DNA of 58,861 bases, counting the filler, from Sphacelaria rigidula (taxonomy: Eukaryota), in the NCBI GenBank assembly GCA_964200075.2. It is 10 parts of 10 records of this genome, joined end to end, with 100 filler letters (N's around TTAATTAATTAA, not from the genome) between each part and the next. Parts side by side here need not be neighbours in the genome. Positions count along the whole stretch, not along the records: positions 35,378 to 41,173 come from CAXNAA020024404.1; positions 41,274 to 47,069 come from CAXNAA020024405.1; positions 47,170 to 52,965 come from CAXNAA020024406.1; 7 more parts are not named here. One strand, given 5' to 3'. Shown piece by piece: positions 35,925 through 47,729 of the stretch. Within the stretch, counting starts at the first letter, position 1. Each line of letters opens with the position of its first letter. Position numbers and translations under genes: made by a program. Below the pieces are notes generated by a model. It saw only the letters and a list, made by a program, of their open reading frames with translations, made no database searches and was not told the origin of the DNA.

Positions 35925-38880
35925 CCCCTGACACGGGTAGGGTAAATACCCCATGTTGATTGCGCAATTTCCGTTCACGACGAGTCGGCTCACATGGTAT
36001 CGTGCCTTGTAGCATGTATGTACAACCAGTATGGTAATACGGTCAAACAAGCAGTTTTGTGAATTTGCAAAGTATAGAGTAAAACAACATTCTTTCACCG
36101 TTGCATACGTGGTCATGCATGAGATACTCTAGCAAGTGGTTCGCGCTAACAGTATATATATTGTGCTGTATGTACTCGACACTAATTGTAGCCGACAACA
36201 TCTCGATAGCTCCTGTGTATTCTTCCACAGATAGTTCGTTAACTTCCATCTGCTGGTTGATATCGCGTTCAGTAGTTTCACTCAGGAGACACGGCCATCA
36301 CTACCTCGTGTTTTCCCACAGTATATAGGCTCGAAGAAAAAGTACACGGCAGAGGTTCTTCCGCATGCATAGTCCGATATTTGATATTCGATGGTGATTC
36401 GGAACAGTTTTGTTCCCACAGTGAAAGCACCCTACTCATGCAGTGTTAGACTGAGTACAAAGTCAACGATTTCATCGAGGAGATGGTGCAGGCCGTAAAA
36501 CGGTCAGTACCGTCACCCCGTATAGCCATATTGTAACAGCATCACAAATAAATAAAACGATAGCATGTGGAAAAACCGAAGGGTGACACCCAACCCAATG
36601 TTCGGAGACACAAGCGATTTTTGTTCATCCAGCGGGTCTTGTCGAGTTTGAGTACATGTGGAGCAGGATAGCGTGGTTCCATTTCAGCTGTATCAAACTG
36701 CAAACTCGTGTTGTGTTGCTCCTTTCAGCTGCATCACACAGCAGAAAGCACACGTCAGCTGTTGAATGGAATTATTTAGCAAAGCAGTGTGGAGAGCCGT
36801 GCAATCGTAGTATTCACCGTGACTCTACTCAATCAGGTCTACACGACGAGATTTGACCTGTCACGGCTATGAAGCAAGCATGGCGTTGTTTCATCACACG
36901 GCGAAATCAGAGCCTACGGTAAAACTGAGCAGCTGCGTTACACAGCACAACTCGGGCGTACAGCAGTTATGGCATCCAAGAATACAGCAAAGCGGTGTAG
37001 AGAATCATTTCATCTTGGCGTCAACCGTGATGTGGTGTATAAAGCAAGCATCAAGCTGTCTCATCTCACAGCTCCTCGCACAATCGGCTTTCACCTTCCG
37101 AACCTGTGCACTCACCCGTGAGGGCAAGTTTTTTGTTTCAAGGCGTAAGGGAGATCATTTATCACATCTAAAAACCCACCGCAATTATATGGCAATGTGT
37201 ATAGGGCGTACTCAATGCATGGTTACCGAAAATTGGCTCAAGTGGGACGTTTTTTTTGCGAAATATGGTTATATCTCGTCGAACATTAAGGCACGATTGA
37301 TGTAGGATAATGATGAGGGATAACTGGTAGCCTTCAAATAACAACAGTGCGCCGCATCAGGTTACAGGGATATGGGTATCAGCCTGGTTCGTGCACTGTC
37401 CAAGCGTTGTGCAAAGTCATGTTTAGTAACAGTGTGCACACAGCAGATCGCCTGCCGTAATACAAGTTCAACAGCAAGGGAGAGTACATCAACAGTTTGA
37501 TTCAACCAGTTCCTGGTTTAGGTGGAGGATATATCTGATTTTTAATAGGGTACAGAAAGCTCCAATTAAGCAGGCAGCACTGAAACGGCATCACTGCACC
37601 CCAAGATATAGATATACATGTGTGCGCTTATTGCAGACACGAGATGCCGTAGAGACGCGGCTTCACGTGGCCAAGAGTAAGCGCTGCATGGATGCAGTAA
37701 CTTCACTCAAAACGACAGCATCAGTGCATCTGTTCGTTATATCTCTGGCTGCACAATCAGTCCCACGTTTCACAGTAGCGAGTGACGGTTCACGAATTTA
37801 AATCTAACCCACATGCAGCATAAGCCAAGCGCCATCCCCACGTAATCCAGAAAACCGTGAAATAACTTCAAGCGGATAGCCCGGTGTTATCAGTATCAGC
37901 CATCATATCCTTTCCCTACATAGGTTACAGCTTGTTATATATGCGTTGTGGTCGTGCACAGATGCTATAGAAACGCGGCTTCGTGAGACTAACCCTTTGG
38001 GAACGCAAGTGCTGATTCTTGTTTTGTGAATCTCTGTGAATCGGCATCGTTTTGACTTGAAAATGACTGAAAATGATGCCGATTCACCAAAACAAAAACC
38101 AGCACTCCCTGGGGGTCTAGTTCCCAAAGGGTTAACACTGCATGCATTTAGCTTGACTCGGTCAGTTGAATTTTTAAAATTTCGAATCATCCGCACTTAT
38201 ACTATAAAATGTATCTACGGGTATTTATTGTCTGTATATAACATGCGGACGTCGGGACAGCTGACTTTGTTGAGCTTCCCTGCGGAGACACGGTCTGCAG
38301 ACTCTACATGAGCTAACTCGCATCACGAGCTGAAATGCGGGTAACTGCTGTAGCAACCTCCCCAGCTTGACCACCCATATATGCTTGCATGGACGTGAGG
38401 GTATCACATATCATTGCTGGCCATGTGGTGCGCTGCTACGCACACCCAGACGTCACCACGATTATCACATGAAGCGAAGAACGGAATTGCACTCCAATCT
38501 TTTTTTGTATAAGGACTGAAGCATCACGTCAACTGATGTTTCGTTAGCACGAGCATTTCGCAAATCGTAGGAAGGAGTGATCAATATGTCACAGATGACA
38601 ACAGCCGACACAATAGTCCCGAAATTATACTGTTATTTATGTGGGTATGTGCCCACTGACGCTCGTCATGGGCGGCGCATTTACCAGCTCCACTTATTAT
38701 TACAGCAGTACGCATGACAAACGTTAATTCCCGCCTGAGCAGCATTGTATCTCACAGTTATTTTTGCGGGGTACCGTCATGGTCAAGTGTACATTGATTA
38801 TTTTTCATTCGGCTGATTGCGTTTCCTCACTTTACCCCAAGCGCGGGGTAAACCACTATAGCGGTCTCCGTCGCTTGAAT
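35925..38880. mobile_element. Second copy (inverted) of the large decayed element seen in contig 2
   Basis: See the homology blocks listed for 6345-11640. A more diverged copy of the same end occurs at ~35455-35600. Confidence 0.7.
37993..38131. mobile_element. piggyBac-like MITE, 139 bp
   Basis: Perfect 12-bp TIR CCCTTTGGGAAC...GTTCCCAAAGGG flanked by CTAA / TTAA. Confidence 0.85.
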
Positions 38881-39571
38881 ACCTTTGTGCCGCAGATGAT
38901 ATGATCGAACACAATAGTCCCGGTGGGAAGCGCCATGATACAAGTAAACGGACAAAATAGTGGTAGCCTCTCTGTCTCGTCCGTATCACTAGTTCGGTTT
39001 TACTACTGTCTCAATTGTTGTGGTTACCATGATCGCTGCTCAAGCACTGTGATGACGGATCTTCTCAAGACGGGGCATGAAGTGAAATGTCCTACTTCAA
39101 CCAAACATGCGGGATATTCATCCATGTGCAATACAGTATGCAATTATTTGTACGTACTCGCTCACCATTTATCGCAGGGCAAAACAGTTTTCCAGCACAA
39201 GGGATGATCAGTTCAACGAGGAACAGCTCATCCTGAATGTCAGGGTATCGTGATCTCAGCTTCAGGCGATAGTATTTCTCTTTTGCACTGGTGGTTTTGA
39301 ATCTCACGTCTCAGGCCACTTCGTTCCCTTCTATCGGAGTAAAACCAGGGGGCCGGCTTTCACCGATTCTGAAAGAACCGAGTTCAAGCCGGATGTAAAG
39401 AGGCATGCTTATGTAACCATCTGCGTACGGGCTCAAACATCCTCCCCCCTGACTGCGGCACATTGCCAGTTCCCGCAGTCAGCCCTCCGGGACGTTTCCA
39501 TCAGATTAGATGGGCCCATCATTGTACTGCCCTTCCTCCATGTATGCCGCGATCCATAACACCCCCCCTCA

Positions 39572-39635
39572 GCTCCGTCTCGAAAGGGATGCGTGGTCAA
39601 TGGTCAAATGACTAAGGCAAGCAACAAATGAGTAC
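39572..39635 (+). mobile_element. Family A short element with an apparent target-site duplication
   Basis: Consensus-like copy with CCCCCTCA at 39564-39571 and again at 39637-39644. Confidence 0.88.
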
Positions 39636-39769
39636 GCCCCCTCAGGCCTAGGGTTGACAAACCCTGGGGCTGAACGTGGTTTGACGATGGATCGCCGCGT
39701 TACCACCTTCCTCGCCCTCGAGTATTTGGCGTTGGTTTTGTGTAGCCGTCGATCTTAGTCCGTTTTGCC

Positions 39770-40030
39770 GAGTTAGACCACGTAGGGAATATAAACACCG
39801 TGCAGAACAATCTCAAACAGTCTCGGCAGCTCCCGCTCTTGTAGATCTCTCTGCCGGGTTAGACCACGTAGGGAATTTAAACCCAGTACAGAAACGATCC
39901 CATCGAGTCCGAAGAAGTCCTTGATCTTGTTGACCGCTCTGCTGGGTCAGACCGCGTAGGGAATATAAACACCGTACAGAAACGATCCCACCCAGTCCGG
40001 AGAAGTCCTTGATCTTGTCGACCGCTCTGG
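39770..40030 (+). repeat. Three diverged tandem units of ~88 bp
   Basis: gttagaccacgtagggaat.taaac.c.gt.cagaa at ~39772, ~39858 and ~39946. Confidence 0.85.
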
Positions 40031-40445
40031 GCTGTCCGTAAACCGTTTGCGGATCTTGGTACTTCGGGGAATCTACCGCGCAATTGAGCCCCTTTCTGCT
40101 CGAGATGGTGTATCAGATGGACGTGGCCTGGTCTGCGGTTGATATAATTCCCACAAGGCATGAAACACATCCAACTGTAACGCAGTGTATTACAATCTCC
40201 ATGATTCAAGAGTCACGAGGGCGGTGTCTGGAAGAAACATTCTCAGTCATCAACGACGTGAGAAACGATGGAACCAGTAACATGAATAGCAGCGCTTCAC
40301 CAGTATAACGATAGCGAACAAGACAAATAAAGGGGAAGGAGAACGAAGGGAACAGCAATATAATCGGACAAAACAGGTTTACGCGTGTGCATTTGGCCAG
40401 GGTATCGCGTATCGGGGACAGCCAAGTATAAATTCATGAACTCCC

Positions 40446-40945
40446 AAGGGAATTCTGACTCCATGTCAACCTGTTCGGACAGCATGGGAAAATCCTGGCC
40501 GCTTGTCAACCTGTCCGGACAGCATGGGAAATCCTGGATGCCTGTCAACCTGTTCGCACGCGAAAGGGAAACTCCTGGCCCCCTGTCAACCTGTTCGAGA
40601 ACAAATGGGAAATCCTGGCTCCCTGTCAACCTGTTCGAAAACATATGGGAAATCCTGGATCTCTGTCAACCTGTTCGCGCGCACAAGGGAAACCCCTGGC
40701 CCCCTGTCAACCTGTTCGAAAACATACGGGAAATCCTGGCTCCCCTATCAACCTGTTCGCGCGTACAAGGGAAACCCCTGGCCCCCCGTCAACCTATTCG
40801 AAAACATACGGGAAATCCTGGCTCCCTGCCAACCTGTTCGAAAACATATGGGAAACTCCTGGCTCCCCTGTCAACCTGTTCGCGCGCACAAGGGAAACTC
40901 CTGGCCCCCTGTCAACCTGTTCGAAAACATATGGGAAATCCTTGT
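40446..40945 (+). repeat. Minisatellite, 12 units of ~39-42 bp (GTCAACCTGTTCG-N8/9-GGGAAA(C)TCCTGGCYCCCT) with two main variants
   Basis: Units counted by eye from 40465. The variable segment is mostly AAAACATAY or CGCGYACAA. Confidence 0.95.
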
Positions 40946-43197
40946 TCGAGTGATTCAGATACCTAGTAACGCTGGATCTTCGTAGAACTGGGGATCGGGG
41001 CGACGTACGAGTACCGACAGTCAAGTGTGTCAAATGTGGTACAGTACAGATGAGGGCAGCCGGGCAACTCGCCACCTGGCCCACTCTTCATATCTTCTAC
41101 ATCCATCTCATCAGCACTCTCCCGAGTTACAGTAGAACTTGGGTGCTCTTCAATAAAATATCTCAAACCATTANNNNNNNNNNNNNNNNNNNNNNNNNNN
41201 NNNNNNNNNNNNNNNNNTTAATTAATTAANNNNNNNNNNNNNNNNNNNNNNNNNNNNNNNNNNNNNNNNNNNNCACTTGAAGCGAATGATCAAGGCCACT
41301 CTCAATCGTATCATCTACTCTCAATCTCACGAAAACACTTTTGTATGTAAACGAGAAGTGAAGAGTTGAAATAATAGTGCTGAATCCAGGTATACTATGC
41401 GGGTGTGCGTTCGCTACTGACGTAACGCGACACCACAGTACGGTACGTGGTAAGAGTATGTTCATCGGTTGGTGATTGACGCGCCTGAGTAACATGGATA
41501 ATATTACTTTTCCTTTCTGTTGTCCCACTGCCCATTCCCCTCGGGTCTGCACGATATGTGAGACGCTGAGCCTCCAAAAACCATTTTTGTCCGACCCAGG
41601 TGCTGTCAGTAAGGCCTAGACGAGCATGACGTGAGGGTTGGTTTCGGAGGGTGGTGACCGGCCAGGATCAAGATCAACCCCTCGCTGAGAATCTCCCCGC
41701 TATGGGGGAAGGATGATGAGTGCAGCACTCCTTCCCCGTGGCCTAGAAGCGGGGGGGGAAAGACTTTGATCAGCAAGAATTGGGGGGGGGCTGATTCTGA
41801 TCGTGTGTTTTGTCTGGAGGCGTTGAGCTGCTTTGCTCCGCCGGTCACGGAGGGGGAATAAGGGGTTAAGTAGATGTAGTGAGTGTCCAGTTTGGCTCGA
41901 TGACGTAGGCACTACTGTAGTATGGATTGCTAAATTTGAATTTTGAAATTTGATTCTTGTACTGTAGGCAGCTGACTGACTGTGAAGTGGATTTTGCAAC
42001 ATGTGATACGAGTTTCGAAAGTTGTCAACTGCACTGTGTTGTGTGGGTTCATATATATTACCTAGGAGCTTGGTCTCGCGTGCGTAGTGCAGAATACTCG
42101 AATGCTAAGTACGACCACCCACGTTTTTGTAAGGGGCATGGGCTAGTACAGTTGAGGAATTTGACTTGCGTTTCGCTTGGATTGACCATCAGGAGCTACA
42201 GTGTGATAAAACACACAGCTCATCCATCCTTGTTTTTTTGTCTTGGTGTGAAAAGAAATGTACCGATGTATTTGATTCTTGACTGGTCCCATAGTCGTTG
42301 AAAGAAGTGACGAGTTTCGGGATTTGCGGTTGTTTTACGGTTGCTGATGAAATTCATTTCTTGACAGGATACACCTCTTAAATGCGCCGTGAGCGGAAGA
42401 GTTCTTTTTCCGGTGAGAAGTTCTATTGACCAAGTATGGTCCATGAACCTTACTTTTGACACGCGCAGTCTATGAGGGGGTGTTTGTAGGATGGCCTGCG
42501 GTGTTCAGTAAGATACACCTAGTCAGGGTAAGGTACAACAGTCTAATGATATACCTGTTTGAGTTCCGGGTACTACGCGGAATGACTCTATATTGTGATG
42601 TTAGTGACTGGACATACGTGAGTGGTGCTTGTCGCATCTTGGTACCTTGGCCCCCATAGGGCCCACTCCCCTTCCTTCTCTCTTCATCAACAAAGCTTTA
42701 TGTACATTTCTACCTCATCTTGATTGGCAGTCAGCCGTGTCCATTGATCGACTATCGCAGTCGTGTCCATTGATCGACTATCTGAGTCGAGTCTGCACCC
42801 CATCCTCTCACGGGGTCACGAAGCTACAAACACTCAAACACCCTCAACTGGCCTGTGGCAGGCTCTTGTGGTCGGGCGCCATGATGGTCAGATATGTCAG
42901 GGTACAATCAACGATGAATAACACCCCCCAAGCTCGAAGTGGATCATCTACTATTTTTGCAGGAGCGCAGCGTCCTTGCTGGCATGTGTGTGACAGAGAA
43001 CAGTAGTAGCGGTGACGGGAACATTACCTTGTTTTCCAGCACACAGAAGCGCGTCCTGTCCAAAAAGCGAGGCAGAGAGAAATCGATATTTGCATTGGTG
43101 ACCTCCAGAGACAAAGAGACGAAATCTCTCCGCAGCTCGATGTTCTTTGGGAATACCTACCGGCACATGAGAAATTCGGCACGTGCTGGTAACATGC

Positions 43198-43341
43198 ATG
43201 ATGCCAGTCTCTCGAGCGATTGGTAATCGCCCAGCGAGGGCACACTAAGGACATGGGCGAGGAGCTTCCTCTCCGCCGTTGCTTCTCTCTCTGGTGATAT
43301 CGCCATCGACACGCGTGTACACTGCAGTTGTTCGGTGCACT
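43198..43341. repeat. Interspersed repeat fragment shared (inverted) with 47503-47644
   Basis: atgatgccagtctctcgagc...gagggcacac.aaggaca.gggcgaggagcttcctct...atcgccatcgacacgcg.gtacac.gca...ttcggtgcac is present in two contigs. Confidence 0.8.
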
Positions 43342-43924
43342 TAGCCGCAACTGATTATTCACAGTGGCAGAGTCATGGGGGGAAAGATGGTTTCGCTCTG
43401 TGTTACTGTTTCGCGTCGCCCCTGCGAAAAAGGTACGCTACTTTAACCTCATTTTTGAGATGGACCCCATTTTTCAGGATCCGCTGTTATATTTTCAATG
43501 ACATTTTCCTCCCCAGGCGCACAAATATTCCCTCATCAACCATATCTCGGCAGTCCTTGTCTCTTATTCCCTGCTTCGTCGGTTATCGTCGAGAATTACG
43601 ATTAAAGCAAGGAAATAGATCGTGTAGCCAACTGAACAGGAAGCGTGAATGAATACATCCACAGCATAACAATCCACCTACGGCAAAGAACAACAAGTAC
43701 ATGTTGGACTACCCGGATGGGGATTTCACTCAAGACTCAGTCGGGTACTGTTCTCTGGCCATCCAAGGTAACTAATCAAAGTATCTAGCCACTTCGAGAG
43801 GACTCGCTTCTGAGTTATCCCTGCGTAGTAATGACATCATTTTCGCTACGAAAGTCATGGTACGTCCTAGCTTGGTGACGGTTTTCGGCATTCACGCCGT
43901 GCCACGCTTATCCACGATGTTGCA

Positions 43925-44370
43925 TTATCATGAAACATCCATGATGGATATGAGAATGGACACATATATACGTATATATATATATGTATATCGCCCTTTG
44001 AACTCCTCCCCTTCCTCTGGACGAGCCCGTGGTCTCGAGGGATCAACCCATCTCTCCCCGGTATATATATAAAAATGGGATATCCACGTGGGATATCTAT
44101 ATCCACCATGAAATATTAATTTGGGCTATCCATCATGGACATGGGTGCTCGTTGTCGATGTTCACACCCCCTACGGATATCCAGGATAAGTATCCATGAT
44201 GGAGAGCCACATCCGCCGTGGATATTCCAGATAGATATGCATGATGGGTATTCACGTTCATGATGGGTATCCATCATCGATGTCATATCCACCGCGGACA
44301 TCCCATACGGATATCTACTATGGATATGATAGCCCAGGTGAACACCCTAGATGGATATCCATATAGTTGA
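43925..44370. repeat. ATGGATATCCAT palindrome-rich degenerate repeat tract
   Basis: Many ggatatcc, atccatcatgga and atggata motifs in both orientations. Confidence 0.75.
44001..44062 (+). repeat. Family C ~65-bp repeat; other copies at ~44714-44780 and ~45512-45578
   Basis: ctccccttcctc..gagcccgtggtctc.agggatc.a.ccatctctccccggta occurs three times in contig 8. Confidence 0.75.
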
Positions 44371-44787
44371 TAGATAGCATATGATGACGTAATGTGAAGA
44401 CGTAACCCTCCCCAGGTTACCCAAAACGAGCGCCAGATTTTATGCCTAACCGGGATAAAATCGGTGTTCTCTCGTTTGTATGCCGGACGGATATATTGCC
44501 GGTGTTGTTGGGCTTCCAGTAACTGGCGTCAAATCGGATAGAGAAGCGAAGACCCGAAAGCCTGAATCTTGGGGGCACGGAGTACCGGAGAAGATTGAAT
44601 TGATTTCGCAATCTTTGGCACACAACCGTTCCAGAGGTTGACAAGTTGGTCGACCGATCGATTGATGGGTTGATCGATTGCGGCCCATTAATGTTTTTTT
44701 TTTTACTCGCTCCTATCTCCTCCTCTTTCTCGGGACCAATCCGTTGTCTGAAAGGATCAACCCATTTCTCCCCCGATACACGCTCTT

Positions 44788-44947
44788 GCTCAGTCTCACA
44801 AGGGATGCGTGGTCAATGGTCAATCGACCAAGTCAAGCAAAAAATGAGTATGCCCCCGACCCACCCACCCACCCACCCCACCCTTGCTCCGTCTCGAAAG
44901 GGATGTGTGGCCAATGGTCAAACGACTAAGGCAAGCAACACATGAGT
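44788..44947 (+). mobile_element. Two tandem family A elements separated by a (CCCA)n tract
   Basis: Copies at 44788-44851 and 44886-44947. Confidence 0.85.
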
Positions 44948-47004
44948 CTCCCTCCCCACTCCTCCCCCCTCCCCCGGTACACACCGTGAATTTTGGTATC
45001 GCGGATTGGATCATGACCAGCACTCATACACCGCGTCGACTGTCGTAACTCAGCAAGTAGGCTTTTTTTTTCTTCTCACGTCCTCGCACTTTCACGACGA
45101 AGATCAGAATACTCTCAGAAAAAACATGGCGGGAATCAAACCCGCGTTTTCCCCGTCCTAACGGTGTCAGGTGTACTAGACCGGGACTGTCCGCTGGCAA
45201 TCTAGCCGTGGTCACAAGAGATAGGTACCCAACGTAAGCAAACGGAACGCTCACGAACATAGCTCGAAAAAGCGGCATACTTGTTTGTTGCTCGCCTTTG
45301 TCGCTTGACCATTGATCAAAAGGGGGGGGGGGAAGGGGTATAACACAGTAGAGAACAAGAAAACCAAACGGCACACCCGTGCCGCATGGCTTCCGGTAAG
45401 GGGGTCCTACAACAAACAAAAGTAGAGAGAAACAAAACGCGCAAGGCCGCGTCAAAGCAGCTTGCGTCTTGGCTATCTGGGGGGTTACATTTTTTTTTTC
45501 CTCACGCTTTGAACCCCTCCCCTTCCTCGGAATGAGCCCGTGGTCTCAAGGGATCGATCCATCTCTCCCCCGGTACGCGCCTTTCATTTTGGTCTCGCAG
45601 ATTGGGCCACTATCTGTGCAAGAAATCTAACTCACGACCTCTGCATGATAAAGTGAGACACCAACATTAATATGGCATTCAGAAACAAAACAACAACAAA
45701 CGATAAGAGCATATTTTATTGGCGAGTGCGTGGCTCCCATGGCAAACTTGCTCCTTCATTTGCCAACAGTGTTTGTCGCCTCCCCGAAGCCATGCGTTGC
45801 TATCGTCGCCGTACTTTCCCGTCCACAGCTCCCTTCATCTCCCCCGCAGACAACAAGGCCCTCGAGCTCCGTTCCTCCGACAACGCCACCTTAATACGTT
45901 TCCCCGTGGGTGACCTACCGAGCAAGGAAGTCGCGAAAGAGCAAAGTCACTACTATTATAAGACAAGGCATGAGAAACCGGGCGTGCTGGCGTAAGAGTC
46001 AACGGCTCGCGTATCACACCTATCGAAGTCGTGACCAGCACTGGTACAACACCGAAATACCACAAAGTGTGTTTTTTGGGTTTGCTTTTGTTCCCAGGCG
46101 ATCCCGAAGTGCGCCGTTTCGCCCCGTACGGCAGCTGTAGTGTCCCCCCAGACGTCAACGACGTTCATGGTGATGCCATGAACGATGAAAAACAGATACC
46201 TCGGAAGCCATCCACACCATGTGTTGAAAAAAAAAACTCTTCGTGACTGAGTCAGGGATCACCTTGAGCAAGCACTGACCGACCCATCATCGCAGTGGAG
46301 CTCTTCACAAGTACGACGCGCCCGTTTCTCGCACGCACTCGGCTCGACTGTGCGTGGGACGGTACTCCCAGCGCCCCTACAAAGCCGTGGAACATGGAAC
46401 GAGTCGAACCATCCCGTTTCTTGAGATTGAATGCTTGGGTCGCGCACGGGATAGGCCCACGTCATGTGCAGGGGCCGTACACGAGAGATAGCGGGTCTCG
46501 ATAGAGAGTATGGTTCCGTTCACACATGGCGGACAATACGGGTGAAGCAGTGAGGTGCACTCTTAAACTAGAGCCTGAGGCAGAGTATTGAGGACGAAGA
46601 GGGGGCACCTAATCCATGCAATTCCTTAGGACCCTTCAGGGGATAACTGAGGACGAAATGATTTCTTCTGAGCAAACCATGAACTAACTCTTCAGATACC
46701 GCTTCGGCTACAACATGTTACGCACTAGGATAGTACCCGTTGAGAGGGCCGTGCCTGTGTGCCGTGATGTCATCTGGAGAGAGGCGTGCTCGTGCCCGTA
46801 TGCTGCAGTGTATTGATGTTTGCTCGATCTGATCGCTGCGTGTTCACTCTGTCGAATTCGCGAAGCGTGCTTCGGTAACGTGGACCAACACTACACCGCG
46901 GATGGTCTTGTAGGGCGCCGTCCGAGAAATAACCACGACGCAGAATCATTTTTCAGTGCGCAAAGACGTTCAGTTCCGGAATGCAAGTTATCACCCCCCC
47001 CCCT

Positions 47005-47068
47005 GCTCCGTCTCGAAAGGGATGCGTGGTCAATGGTCAAACGACTAAGGCAAGCAACACATGAGAAC
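47005..47068 (+). mobile_element. Family A short element at the contig end
   Basis: Consensus-like copy preceded by a C10 tract. Confidence 0.88.
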
Positions 47069-47729
47069 ANNNNNNNNNNNNNNNNNNNNNNNNNNNNNNN
47101 NNNNNNNNNNNNNTTAATTAATTAANNNNNNNNNNNNNNNNNNNNNNNNNNNNNNNNNNNNNNNNNNNNGAAAGTGTGGAGAAAGTACTGTTTTGGTCTC
47201 GAACCTCATTTCATTGATGAACCTCATTTTATAGAACCCTCTGTTTCAGTATGCTTCTTTTCCATCATAAGAAAGGAAAAGAAGAAAAAAGATTGCAAGC
47301 GCGATGCAAAGCAGAGAAATCTATATTATAATACCCACAGACATTCTAAAAATATCCCACAACAACCGATTCTAAATTTTGGGGTTGAACAGTAAAATGA
47401 GAGTCGAGCGGCATATATTTTCTGAAGGTCAATGACGAAACAGTTACACCAAGGGAAACCTTCTCCCCCATAGAAAATCTGCAGAAGTTGAGCAGTTGAG
47501 GCTTGGTGCACCGAATGAATGCGGTGTACGCGCGTGTCGATGGCGATACCACCGGAGGAATAATGGCAGAGAGGAAGCTCCTCGCCCGTGTCCTTTGTGT
47601 GCCCTCGCTCGGTGATTCCCACTTGCTCGAGAGACTGGCATCATGGACGGAACGTCTCCAACCGCCAACCGCAACCGTGAGGCGGGGATAGGGGAGTGGG
47701 TTTCGACCGCCAAGCCCTCGCATCCGACC

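Noticed and set aside
39572..39635. Hammerhead ribozyme or group II intron domain V in family A
   Set aside because: It has a GAAA-capped stem and ATGAG, but no CTGANGA core in the correct topology and no AGC/CGC triad domain V geometry.
40446..40945. CRISPR array
   Set aside because: The variable segments are only 8-9 bp and recur instead of being unique. There are no cas genes, and the context is eukaryotic.
46780..46860. SWIM zinc finger of a MULE transposase (CSCP...C)
   Set aside because: It lacks the CxH terminus and is interrupted by a stop; too weak.
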